DNA from: the human T2T-CHM13v2.0 reference genome, Homo sapiens
Reading direction: 5' to 3' (one strand)
Assembly: GCF_009914755.1 (NCBI RefSeq)
Contig: NC_060948.1
Length of the DNA stretch: 64,000 nucleotides
The position numbers were made by a program, and so were the translations under genes. Under the pieces are notes generated by a model. That model made no database searches. It was not told where the DNA came from and saw only the letters and a list, made by a program, of their open reading frames with translations. Shown one piece after another: positions 28,440 through 42,673 of this stretch (position 1 is its first letter; every line of letters starts with the position of its first letter).

Positions 28440-31400
28440 GGAATCGAACCACAAGGAATGGACAGGAATAGAATGGTCTCGAATTGAATGGAATCGTATG
28501 GAATGGCATCAAACGGAATGGAATGGACAGCCACGGAATGGAATGCACTCGAATGCAATGGAGTCGAAACTAATGGAATGGAATAGAATGGACTCGACTG
28601 GTACGGACTCCAATGGAATGGAATCGAATGGAAGGGAATCGAACGGAATGGACTCGAAGGGAAAAGACTGCAATGGAAAGGTCTCGAATGGAATGGAAAT
28701 TAATGGAATGGAATGGAATCGAATGAAATGGAGTCAAAAGGAATGGAATCGAATAGCAAGAAATCGAATGTAATGGAATCGCAAGGAATTGATGTGAACG
28801 GAACGGAATGGAATGGAATCCAAAGGAATGGAATAGAATGGAATGGAATCGAATGGAAAGGACTCGAATGGAAATCACTCGAATAGAATGCAATTTAATA
28901 AAATAGGATCAAATGTAATGGAATGGAATGGAAAGGAATCGAAACGAAAGGAATGGAGACAGATGGAATGGAATAGAACAGAGAGCAATGGTATAGAATG
29001 GAATGGAATCATCTGGAATGGAATTGAATGGAATGGAATAATATGAAATGGAATGGAATGGAATGGAATGGAATGCCCTTGAATTAAATGGACTGGAATG
29101 GAATGGACTCGAACAGAGTGGAATGGAAAGTGTTGAGATAGAATGGAATGGACTCCTTTGGAATGGTGTAGTATGCAATGCAATCGACTGGCAGGGAATC
29201 AAAAGGAATGTAATCGAATGGATTGTACTGGAATGCAATGGACTCGAATAGATTGCAAACGGAATGCAAAGGAATGGAATGGAATAGTATGGAATGGAAT
29301 GGAAAGGAATGGAGTGGAATAGACTAGAGTGGAATGGAATGGACTGGAAAGCAATGGACTGGAATGGAACTTTCTTGAATGGACTGGAATCAAACGGAAT
29401 GGAATGCAATGCAATCAATCGGCATGGAATAAAATAGAATGAAAGAGAATCAAATGGAATTGAATCGAATGGAATCGAATGGATTGGAAAGGAATAGAAT
29501 GGAATGGAATGGAATGGACTCAAATGGAATGGACTAGAATGGAATTGATTCGAATGGAAGGCAAAGGAATGGAATCTATTGGAATGGACTGTAATGGAAT
29601 GGAATGGAAGGGATTGGAATGGACTCGAATGGAATGGACTGCAATAGAAAGGATTCGAATGGAATGAAAAAGAATTGAATGGAATAGAACAGAATGGAAT
29701 CAAATCGAATGAAATGGAATGGAATAGAAAGGAATGGAATGAAATGGAATGGAAAGGATTCGAATGGAATGCAATCGAATGGAATGGAATCAAACGGAAT
29801 GGAATAAAATGGAAGAAAACTGGCAAGAAATGGAATCGAAATGAATGGAGTGTTATGGAACGGACTCAAAAGGAATTGAATGTAATAGAATGGAGTGGAG
29901 TGGACTCGAATATAATGGACTGGAATGGAATGAAATCACATGGAATGGGAACGAATGGAATGGAATGGAAAGGAATGGAATCGAATGGAAAGGAATCGAA
30001 TGGAAGGGAATGAAATTGAATCAACAGGAATGGAAGGGAATAGAATAGACGGTAATGGAATGGACTCGAAGAGAATGGACACGAATGCTCAAATTGAATG
30101 GACTCGAATGGAATGGAAACGAAAGGAATGTCATCGAATGGAATTGAATCGATTGGAATGAAATCGCATAGAATGGAGTGGAATCAAATGGAATTGAATC
30201 GAAAGGAAAGGAAGCGAATGGACTGAAATGAAATGGAATGGAATTGAATGGAAAGTAATGCAATGGAATAGAATGGAACGAAATTTCACGGAATGGAATC
30301 AAACTGAATGGAATCAAATCAATGGAATATAATCAAATGGAATGGAAAGGAATTGAATGGAGTAGATTGGATTGGATGGGATTGGAATGAAATGTACTGG
30401 AAAGGACTCGAATTTCATGAAACGGAATGGAATGAATTGGAACGGAATGGACTCGAATGGAATGGAATGTCATGGAATGGCATCAAATGGAATGGCAACA
30501 AATGGAATGGAATCGAATGCAATGGAATGCTATGGAATGGAATGGAATGCATTGGAATGGAATGTCCTCTAATGGAATGGATTCGAGTGGAATGGAATCG
30601 AATATAATGGAGTCGAATGAAATGGAATTGAAAGGAATGGGATCGAATACAATGGAATATACTGGAATGTAATGTAATGAACTCGAATGTAATTGACTGG
30701 AATGGAATGTACATGAATGGAATGTAATCGAATGGAAAGTAATCCAATGGAATAGAATCTAATGCAATAAAATCGACGCAGATAGAGTAGAATGTAATGG
30801 AATGGAGTGCAGTGCAATGGAATGGAATGGAATGGAATGCAATGGAATGGAATGGAATGGAATGGAATGGAATGGAATGGGATGGAATGGTATGGAATGG
30901 ATAGTAATGGACTGGCGTGAAATGGACTGGAAAGGAATGGACTCAAATTGAAAGGGCTCGAAAGGAATGGAGTCAAATGGAATGGTCTGGAATGGAATGA
31001 ACACGAATGTAATGCAATCCAATAGAATGGAATCGAATGGCATGGAATATAAAGAAATGGAATCGGAGAGAATGGAAACAAATGGAATGGAATTGAATGG
31101 AATGGAATTGAATGGAATGGGAACGAATGGAGTGAAATTGTATGCAGTAGAAGGGAATAGAATGGAATGCAAGCGAAAGGAAAGGAATGGATTGGAATGG
31201 AATGGAATTCATTGGAATGGAAGGGAATGTAGTGTAATGGACAGGCCTGGAATAAAGTGGAATGCTACGGTCTCGAATGGAATAAAAATGTATGGAATGG
31301 AATGCAATGAAATGGAATCGAATGTCATAGAAAGTAATGGAATGCAAAAAAATGGAATCCAAAATCATTGACTGGAAAGGCTGGGTGTCGAAAGGAATTG

Positions 31401-31998
31401 ACTCCAATGGAATGGAATCGAATGGAATGGAAGTGAATAGAATCGAACTAAATCGAATGGAATGGAATTGATAGGAACGGAATGGAAAGGAATGCAATGA
31501 TTTGGCATGGAATGGAATCGAATGGCATCGAATGGAATGGAATGGAATGCAATGGAATGGAATGTATTAGAATGTAATGAACTTTAATGGAATGTACTCG
31601 AATGGATTCGACTGGAATGGAATGTTCTGGAAGTGAATGGACTCCAATGGAATGGATTCAAAAGGAATGGAATCGTACGGAATGGAATCTAATGGAATGG
31701 AATTAAATGGAAATGAATCAAATTGAATAGCACGGAATTGAATTGAATGGAATGGAATGCAATGGAATCTAATGAAACGGAAAGGAAAGGAATGGAATGG
31801 AATGGAATGGGCTGGAATGGAAAGGAATCGAAACGAATGGAATGGAATCGAACTGAAGACACTGGAATGGAATGCACTGGAATGGAAGGGAGTGTAATGG
31901 AAGGTTCTCGAAAAAAATGGAATCGAATGGAATGGAATTGAATGGAACGGAATAGAGTCGAATGGAATTGAATGGAATGGAATGGACTAGAGTGAAAT
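28440..31998 (+). repeat. DYZ1 unit 9 (3559 bp)
   Basis: Landmark spacing. Confidence 0.93.
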
Positions 31999-34900
31999 GG
32001 AATCGAACCACAAGGAATGGACAGGAATAGAATGGTCTCGAATTGAATGGAATCGTATGGAATGGCATCAAACGGAATGGAATGGACAGCCACGGAATGG
32101 AATGCACTCGAATGCAATGGAGTCGAAACTAATGGACTGGAATAGAATGGACTCGACTGGTACGGACTCCAATGGAATGGAATCGAATGGAAGGGAATCG
32201 AACGGAATGGACTCGAAGGGAAAAGACTGCAATGGAAAGGTCTCGAATGGAATGGAAATTAATGGAATGGAATGGAATCGAATGAAATGGAGTCAAAAGG
32301 AATGGAATCGAATGGCAAGAAATCGAATGTAATGGAATCGCAAGGAATTGATGTGAACGGAACGGAATGGAATGGAATCCAAAGGAATGGAATAGAATGG
32401 AATGGAATCGAATGGAAAGGACTCGAATGGAAATCACTCGAATAGAATGCAATTTAATAAAATAGGATCAAATGTAATGGAATGGAATGGAAAGGAATCG
32501 AAACGAAAGGAATGGAGACAGATGGAATGGAATGGAACAGAGAGCAATGGTATAGAATGGAATGGAATCATCTGGAATGGAATTGAATGGAATGGAATAA
32601 TATGAAATGGAATTTAATGGAATGGAATGGAATGCCCTTGAATTAAATGGACTGGAATGGAATGGACTCGAACAGAGTGGAATGGAAAGTGTTGAGATAG
32701 AATGGAATGGACTCCTTTGGAATGGTGTAGTATGCAATGCAATCGACTGGCAGGGAATCAAAAGGAATGTAATCGAATGGATTGGACTGGAATGCAATGG
32801 ACACAAATAGATTGGAAACGGAATGCAAAGGAATGGAATGGAATAGTATGGAATGGAATGGAAAGGAATGGAGTGGAATAGACTAGAGTGGAATGGAATG
32901 GACTGGAAAGCAATGGACTGGAATGGAACTTTCTTGAATGGACTGGAATCAAACGGAATGGAATGCAATGCAATCAAATGGCATGGAATAAAATAGAATG
33001 AAAGAGAATCAAATGGAATTGAATCGAATGGAATCGAATGGATTGGAAAGGAATAGAATGGAATGGAATGGAATTGACTCAAATGGAATGGACTAGAATG
33101 GAATGGATTCGAATGGAAGGCAAAGGAATGGAATCTATTGGAATGGACTGTAATGGAATGGAATGGAAGGGATTGGAATGGACTCGAATGGAATGGACTG
33201 CAATAGAAAGGATTCGAATGGAATGAAAAAGAATTGAATGGAATAGAACAGAATGGAATCAAATCGAATGAAATGGAATGGAATAGAAAGGAATGGAATG
33301 AAATGGAATGGAAAGGATTCGAATGGAATGCAATCGAATGGAATGGAATCGAACGGAATGGAATAAAATGGAAGAAAACTGGCAAGAAATGGAATCGAAA
33401 TGAATGGAGTGTTATGGAACGGACTCAAAAGGAATTGAATGTAGTAGAATGGAGTGGAGTGGACTCGAATATAATGGACTGGAATGGAATGAAATCACAT
33501 GGAATGGGAACGAATGGAATGGAATGGAAAGGAATGGAATCGAATGGAAAGGAATCGAATGGAAGGGAATGAAATTGAATCAACAGGAATGGAAGGGAAT
33601 AGAATAGACGGTAATGGAATGGACTCGAATAGAATGGACACGAATGCTCAAATTGAATGGACTCGAATGGAATGGAAACGAAAGGAATGTCATCGAATGG
33701 AATTGAATGGATTGGAATGAAATCGCATAGAATGGAGTGGAATCAAATGGAATTGAATCGAAAGGAAAGGAAGCGAATGGACTGAAATGAAATGGAATGG
33801 AATTGAATGGAAAGTAATGCAATGGAATAGAATGGAACGAAATTTCACGGAATGGAATCAAACTGAATGGAATCAAATCAATGGAATCAAATCAAATGGA
33901 ATGGAAAGGAATTGAATGGAGTAGATTGGATTGGATGGGATTGGAATGAAATGTACTGGAAAGGACTCGAATTTCATGAAACGGAATGGAATGAATTGGA
34001 ACGGAATGGACTCGAATGGAATGGAATGTCATGGAATGGCATCAAATGGAATGGCATCAAATGGAATGGAATCGAATGCAATGGAATGCTATGGAATGGA
34101 ATGGAATGCATTGGAATGGAATGTCCTCTAATGGAATGGATTCGAGTGGAATGGAATGGAATATAATGGAGTCGAATGAAATGGAATTGAAAGGAATGGG
34201 ATCGAATACAATGGAATATACTGGAATGTAATGTAATGAACTCGAATGTAATTGACTGGAATGGAATGTACATGAATGGAATGTAATCGAATGGAAAGTA
34301 ATCCAATGGAATAGAATCTAATGCAATAAAACCGACTCAGATAGAGTAGAATGTAATGGAATGGAGTGCAGTGCAATGGAAGGGAATGGAATTGAATGCA
34401 ATGGAATGGAATGGAATGGAATGGAATGGAATGGAATGGGATGGAATGGTATGGAATGGATAGTAATGGACTGGAGTGAAATGGACTGGAAAGGAATGGA
34501 CTCAAATTGAAAGGGCTCGAAAGGAATGGAGTCAAATGGAATGGTCTGGAATGGAATGAACACGAAAGTAATGCAATCCAATAGAATGGAATCGAATGGC
34601 ATGGAATATAAAGAAATGGAATCGAAGAGAATGGAAACAAATGGAATGGAATTGAATGGAATGGAATGGAATGGAATGGGAACGAATGGAGTGAAATTGT
34701 ATGCAGTAGAAGGGAATAGAATGGAATGCAAGTGAAAGGAAAGGAATGGATTGGAATGGAATGGAATTCATTGGAATGGAAGGGAATGTAGTGTAATGGA
34801 CAGGCCTGGAATAAAGTGGAATGCTACGGTCTCGAATGGAATAAAAATGTATGGAATGGAATGCAATGAAACGGAATCGAATGTCATAGAATGTAATGGA

Positions 34901-35557
34901 ATGCAAAAAAATGGAATCCAAAATCATTGACTGGAAAGGCTGGGTGTCGAAAGGAATTGACTCCAATGGAATGGAATCGAATGGAATGGAAGTGAATAGA
35001 ATCGAACTAAATCGAATGGAATGGAATTGATAGGAACGGAATGGAAAGGAATGCAATGATTTGGCATGGAATGGAATCGAATGGCATCGAATGGAATGGA
35101 ATGGAATGCAATGGAATGGAATGTATTAGAATGTAATGAACTTTAATGGAATGTACTCGAATGGATTCGACTGGAATGGAATGTTCTGGAAGTGAATGGG
35201 CTCCAATGGAATGGAATCAAAAGGAATGGAATCGTACGGAATGGAATCTAATGGAATGGAATTAAATGGAAATGAATCAAATTGAATAGCACGGAATTGA
35301 ATTGAATGGAATCGAATGCAATGGAATCTAATGTAACGGAAAGGAAAGGAATGGAATGGAATGGAATGGGCTGGAATGGAAAGGAATCGAAACGAATGGA
35401 ATGGAATCGAACTGAAGAGACTGGAATGGAATGCACTGGAATGGAAGGGAGTGTAATGGAAGGTTCTCGAAAGAAATGGAAACGAATGGAATGGAATTGA
35501 ATGGAACGGAATAGAGTCGAATGGAATTGAATGGAATGGAATGGACTAGAGTGAAAT
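31999..35557 (+). repeat. DYZ1 unit 10 (3559 bp), type A of the dimer
   Basis: Landmark spacing; shares private variants with unit 12. Confidence 0.93.
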
Positions 35558-38500
35558 GGAATCGAACCACAAGGAATGGACAGGAATAGAATGGTCTCGA
35601 ATTGAATGGAATCGTATGGAATGGCATCAAACGGAATGGAATGGACAGCCACGGAATGGAATGCACTCGAATGCAATGGAGTCGAAACTAATGGACTGGA
35701 ATAGAATGGACTCGACTGGTACGGACTCCAATGGAATGCAATCGAATGGAAGGGAATCGAACGGAATGGACTCGAAGGGAAAAGACTGCAATGGAAAGGT
35801 CTCGAATGGAATGGAAATTAATGGAATGGAATGGAATCGAATGAAATGGAGTCAAAAGGAATGGAATCGAATGGCAAGAAATCGAATGTAATGGAATCGC
35901 AAGGAATTGATGTGAACGGAACGGAATGGAATGGAATCCAAAGGAATGGAATAGAATGGAATGGAATCGAATGGAAAGGACTCGAATGGAAATCACTCGA
36001 ATAGAATGCAATTTAATAAAATAGGATCAAATGTAATGGAATGGAATGGAAAGGAATCGAAACGAAAGGAATGGAGACAGATGGAATGGAATGGAACAGA
36101 GAGCAATGGTATAGAATGGAATGGAATCATCTGGAATGGAATTGAATGGAATGGAATAATATGAAATGGAATGGAATGGAATGGAATGGAATGCCCTTGA
36201 ATTAAATGGACTGGAATGGAATGGACTCGAACAGAGTGGAATGGAAAGTGTTGAGATAGAATGGAATGGACTCCTTTGGAATGGTGTAGTATGCAATGCA
36301 ATCGACTGGCAGGGAATCAAAAGGAATGTAATGGAATGGATTGGACTGGAATGCAATGGACTCGAATAGATTGGAAACGGAATGCAAAGGAATGGAATGG
36401 AATAGTATGGAATGGAATGGAAAGGAATGGAGTGGAATAGACTAGAGTGGAATGGAATGGACTGGAAAGCAATGGACTGGAATGGAACTTTCTTGAATGG
36501 ACTGGAATCAAACGGAATGGAATGCAATGCAATCAAATGGCATGGAATAAAATAGAATGAAAGAGAATCAAATGGAATTGAATCGAATGGAATCGAATGG
36601 ATTGGAAAGGAATAGAATGGAATGGAATGGAATTGACTCAAATGGAATGGACTAGAATGGAATGGATTCGAATGGAAGGCAAAGGAATGGAATCTATTGG
36701 AATGGACTGTAATGGAATGGAATGGAAGGGATTGGAATGGACTCGAATGGAATGGACTGCAATAGAAAGGATTCGAATGGAATGAAAAAGAATTGAATGG
36801 AATAGAACAGAATGGAATCAAATCGAATGAAATGGAATGGAATAGAAAGGAATGGAATGAAATGGAATGGAAAGGATTCGAATGGAATGCAATCGAATGG
36901 AATGGAATCGAACGGAATGGAATAAAATGGAAGAAAACTGGCAAGAAATGGAATCGAAATGAATGGAGTGTTATGGAACGGACTCAAAAGGAATTGAATG
37001 TAATAGAATGGAGTGGAGTGGACTCGAATATAATGGACTGGAATGGAATGAAATCACATGGAATGGGAACGAATGGAATATAATGGAAAGGAATGGAATC
37101 GAATGGAAAGGAATCGAATGGAAGGGAATGAAATTGAATGAACAGGAATGGAAGGGAATAGAATAGACGGTAATGGAATGGACTCGAATAGAATGGACAC
37201 GAATGCTCAAATTGAATGGACTCGAATGGAATGGAAACGAAAGGAATGTCATCGAATGGAATTGAATGGATTGGAATGAAATCGCATAGAATGGAGTGGA
37301 ATCAAATGGAATTGAATCGAAAGGAAAGGAAGCGAATGGACTGAAATGAAATGGAATGGAATTGAATGGAAAGTAATGCAATGGAATAGAATGGAACGAA
37401 ATTTCACGGAATGGAATCAAACTGAATGGAATCAAATCAATGGAATCAAATCAAATGGAATGGAAAGGAATTGAATGGAGTAGATTGGATTGGATGGATT
37501 GGAATGAAATGTACTGGAAAGGACTCGAATTTCATGAAACGGAATGGAATGAATTGGAACGGAATGGACTCGAATGCAATGGAATGTCATGGAATGGCAT
37601 CAAATGGAATGGCATCAAATGGCATGGAATCGAATGCAATGGAATGCTATGGAATGGAATGGAATGCATTGGAATGGAATGTCCTCTAATGGAATGGATT
37701 CGAGTGGAATGGAATCGAATATAATGGAGTCGAATAAAATGGAATTGAAAGGAATGGGATCGAATACAATGGAATATACTGGAATGTAATGTAATGAACT
37801 CGAATGTAATTGACTGGAATGGAATGTACATGAATGGAATGTAATCGAATGGAAAGTAATCCAATGGAATAGAATCTAATGCAATAAAACCGACTCAGAT
37901 AGAGTAGAATGTAATGGAATGGAGTGCAGTGCAATGGAAGGGAATGGAATTGAATGCAATGGAATGGAATGGAATGGAATGGAATGGAATGGAATGGAAT
38001 GGAATGGGATGGAATGGTATGGAATGGATAGTAATGGACTGGAGTGAAATGGACTGGAAAGGAATGGACTCAAATTGAAAGGGCTCGAAAGGAATGGAGT
38101 CAAATGGAATGGTCTGGAATGGAATGAACACGAAAGTAATGCAATCCAATAGAATGGAATCGAATGGCATGGAATATAAAGAAATGGAATCGAAGAGAAT
38201 GGAAACAAATGGAATGGAATTGAATGGAATGGAATTGAATGGAATGGGAACGAATGGAGTGAAATTGTATGCAGTAGAAGGGAATAGAATGGAATGCAAG
38301 CGAAAGGAAAGGAATGGATTGGAATGGAATGGAATTCATTGGAATGGAAGGGAATGTAGTGTAATGGACAGGCCTGGAATAAAGTGGAATGCTACGGTCT
38401 CGAATGGAATAAAAATGTATGGAATGGAATGCAATGAAACGGAATCGAATGTCATAGAATGTAATGGAATGCAAAAAAATGGAATCCAAAATCATTGACT

Positions 38501-39124
38501 GGAAAGGCTGGGTGTCGAAAGGAATTGACTCCAATGGAATGGAATCGAATGGAATGGAAGTGATAGAATCGAACTAAATCGAATGGAATGGAATTGATAG
38601 GAACGGAATGGAAAGGAATGCAATGATTTGGCATGGAATGGAATCAAATGGCATCGAATGGAATGGTATGGAATGCAACGGAATGGAATGTATTAGAATG
38701 TAATGAACTTTAATGGAATGTACTCGAATGGATTCGACTGGAATGGAATGTTCTGGAAGTGAATGGACTCCAATGGAATGGATTCAAAAGGAATGGAATC
38801 GTTCGGAATGGAATCTAATGGAATGGAATTAAATGGAAATGAATCAAATTGAATAGCACGGAATTGAATTGAATGGAATGGAATGCAATGGAATCTAATG
38901 AAACGGAAAGGAAAGGAATGGAATGGAATGGAATGGGCTGGAATGGAAAGGAATCGAAACGAATGGAATGGAATCGAACTGAAGAGACTGGAATGGAATG
39001 CACTGGAATGGAAGGGAGTGTAATGGAAGGTTCTCGAAAAAAATGGAATGGAATGGAATGGAATTGAATGGAACGGAATAGAGTCGAATGGAATTGAATG
39101 GAATGGAATGGACTAGAGTGAAAT
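35558..39124 (+). repeat. DYZ1 unit 11 (3567 bp), type B of the dimer
   Basis: Landmark spacing; two 1-bp deletions shared with unit 13. Confidence 0.93.
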
Positions 39125-42100
39125 GGAATCGAACCACAAGGAATGGACAGGAATAGAATGGTCTCGAATTGAATGGAATCGTATGGAATGGCATCAAACG
39201 GAATGGAATGGACAGCCACGGAATGGAATGCACTCGAATGCAATGGAGTCGAAACTAATGGACTGGAATAGAATGGACTCGACTGGTACGGACTCCAATG
39301 GAATGGAATCGAATGGAAGGGAATCGAACGGAATGGACTCGAAGGGAAAAGACTGCAATGGAAAGGTCTCGAATGGAATGGAAATTAATGGAATGGAATG
39401 GAATCGAATGAAATGGAGTCAAAAGGAATGGAATCGAATGGCAAGAAATCGAATGTAATGGAATCGCAAGGAATTGATGTGAACGGAACGGAATGGAATG
39501 GAATCCAAAGGAATGGAATAGAATGGAATGGAATCGAATGGAAAGGACTCGAATGGAAATCACTCGAATAGAATGCAATTTAATAAAATAGGATCAAATG
39601 TAATGGAATGGAATGGAAAGGAATCGAAACGAAAGGAATGGAGACAGATGGAATGGAATGGAACAGAGAGCAATGGTATAGAATGGAATGGAATCATCTG
39701 GAATGGAATTGAATGGAATGGAATAATATGAAATGGAATGGAATGGAATGCCCTTGAATTAAATGGACTGGAATGGAATGGACTCGAACAGAGTGGAATG
39801 GAAAGTGTTGAGATAGAATGGAATGGACTCCTTTGGAATGGTCTAGTATGCAATGCAATCGACTGGCAGGGAATCAAAAGGAATGTAATGGAATGGAGTG
39901 GACTGGAATGCAATGGACACAAATAGATTGGAAACGGAATGCAAAGGAATGGAATGGAATAGTATGGAATGGAATGGAAAGGAATGGAGTGGAATAGACT
40001 AGAGTGGAATGGAATGGACTGGAAAGCAATGGACTGGAATGGAACTTTCTTGAATGGACTGGAATCAAACGGAATGGAATGCAATGCAATCAAATGGCAT
40101 GGAATAAAATAGAATGAAAGAGAATCAAATGGAATTGAATCGAATGGAATCGAATGGATTGGAAAGGAATAGAATGGAATGGAATGGAATTGACTCAAAT
40201 GGAATGGACTAGAATGGAATGGATTCGAATGGAAGGCAAAGGAATGGAATCTATTGGAATGGACTGTAATGGAATGGAATGGAAAGGATTGGAATGGACT
40301 CGAATGGAATGGACTGCAATAGAAAGGATTCGAATGGAATGAAAAAGAATTGAATGGAATAGAACAGAATGGAATCAAATCGAATGAAATGGAATGGAAT
40401 AGAAAGGAATGGAATGAAATGGAATGGAAAGGATTCGAATGGAATGCAATCGAATGGAATGGAATCGAACGGAATGGAATAAAATGGAAGAAAACTGGCA
40501 AGAAATGGAATCGAAATGAATGGAGTGTTATGGAACGGACTCAAAAGGAATTGAATGTAGTAGAATGGAGTGGAGTGGACTCGAATATAATGGACTGGAA
40601 TGGAATGAAATCACATGGAATGGGAACGAATGGAATGGAATGGAAAGGAATGGAATCGAATGGAAAGGAATCGAATGGAAGGGAATGAAATTGAATCAAC
40701 AGGAATGGAAGGGAATAGAATAGACGGTAATGGAATGGACTCGAATAGAATGGACACGAATGCTCAAATTGAATGGACTCGAATGGAATGGAAACGAAAG
40801 GAATGTCATCGAATGGAATTGAATGGATTGGAATGAAATCGCATAGAATGGAGTGGAATCAAATGGAATTGAATCGAAAGGAAAGGAAGCGAATGGACTG
40901 AAATGAAATGGAATGGAATTGAATGGAAAGTAATGCAATGGAATAGAATGGAACGAAATTTCACGGAATGGAATCAAACTGAATGGAATCAAATCAATGG
41001 AATCAAATCAAATGGAATGGAAAGGAATTGAATGGAGTAGATTGGATTGGATGGGATTGGAATGAAATGTACTGGAAAGGACTCGAATTTCATGAAACGG
41101 AATGGAATGAATTGGAACGGAATGGACTCGAATGGAATGGAATGTCATGGAATGGCATCAAATGGAATGGCATCAAATGGAATGGAATCGAATGCAATGG
41201 AATGCTATGGAATGGAATGGAATGCATTGGAATGGAATGTCCTCTAATGGAATGGATTCGAGTGGAATGGAATCGAATATAATGGAGTCGAATGAAATGG
41301 AATTGAAAGGAATGGGATCGAATACAATGGAATATACTGGAATGTAATGTAATGAACTCGAATGTAATTGACTGGAATGGAATGTACATGAATGGAATGT
41401 AATCGAATGGAAAGTAATCCAATGGAATAGAATCTAATGCAATAAAACCGACTGAGATAGAGTAGAATGTAATGGAATGGAGTGCAGTGCAATGGAAGGG
41501 AATGGAATTGAATGCAATGGAATGGAATGGAATGGAATGGAATGGAATGGAATGGGATGGAATGGTATGGAATGGATAGTAATGGACTGGAGTGAAATGG
41601 ACTGGAAAGGAATGGACTCAAATTGAAAGGGCTCGAAAGGAATGGAGTCAAATGGAATGGTCTGGAATGGAATGAACACGAAAGTAATGCAATCCAATAG
41701 AATGGAATCGAATGGCATGGAATATAAAGAAATGGAATCGAAGAGAATGGAAACAAATGGAATGGAATTGAATGGAATGGAATTGAATGGAATGGGAACG
41801 AATGGAGTGAAATTGTATGCAGTAGAAGGGAATAGAATGGAATGCAAGTGAAAGGAAAGGAATGGATTGGAATGGAATGGAATTCATTGGAATGGAAGGG
41901 AATGTAGTGTAATGGACAGGCCTGGAATAAAGTGGAATGCTACGGTCTCGAATGGAATAAAAATGTATGGAATGGAATGCAATGAAACGGAATCGAATGT
42001 CATAGAATGTAATGGAATGCAAAAAAATGGAATCCAAAATCATTGACTGGAAAGGCTGGGTGTCGAAAGGAATTGACTCCAATGGAATGGAATCGAATGG

Positions 42101-42673
42101 AATGGAAGTGAATAGAATCGAACTAAATCGAATGGAATGGAATTGATAGGAACGGAATGGAAAGGAATGCAATGATTTGGCATGGAATGGAATCGAATGG
42201 CATCGAATGGAATGGAATGGAATGCAATGGAATGGAATGTATTAGAATGTAATGAACTTTAATGGAATGTACTCGAATGGATTCGACTGGAATGGAATGT
42301 TCTGGAAGTGAATGGGCTCCAATGGAATGGAATCAAAAGGAATGGAATCGTACGGAATGGAATCTAATGGAATGGAATTAAATGGAAATGAATCAAATTG
42401 AATAGCACGGAATTGAATTGAATGGAATCGAATGCAATGGAATCTAATGTAACGGAAAGGAAAGGAATGGAATGGAATGGAATGGGCTGGAATGGAAAGG
42501 AATCGAAACGAATGGAATGGAATCGAACTGAAGAGACTGGAATGGAATGCACTGGAATGGAAGGGAGTGTAATGGAAGGTTCTCGAAAGAAATGGAAACG
42601 AATGGAATGGAATTGAATGGAACGGAATAGAGTCGAATGGAATTGAATGGAATGGAATGGACTAGAGTGAAAT
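39125..42673 (+). repeat. DYZ1 unit 12 (3549 bp), type A of the dimer
   Basis: Landmark spacing; 10-bp deletion near 39740. Confidence 0.93.
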
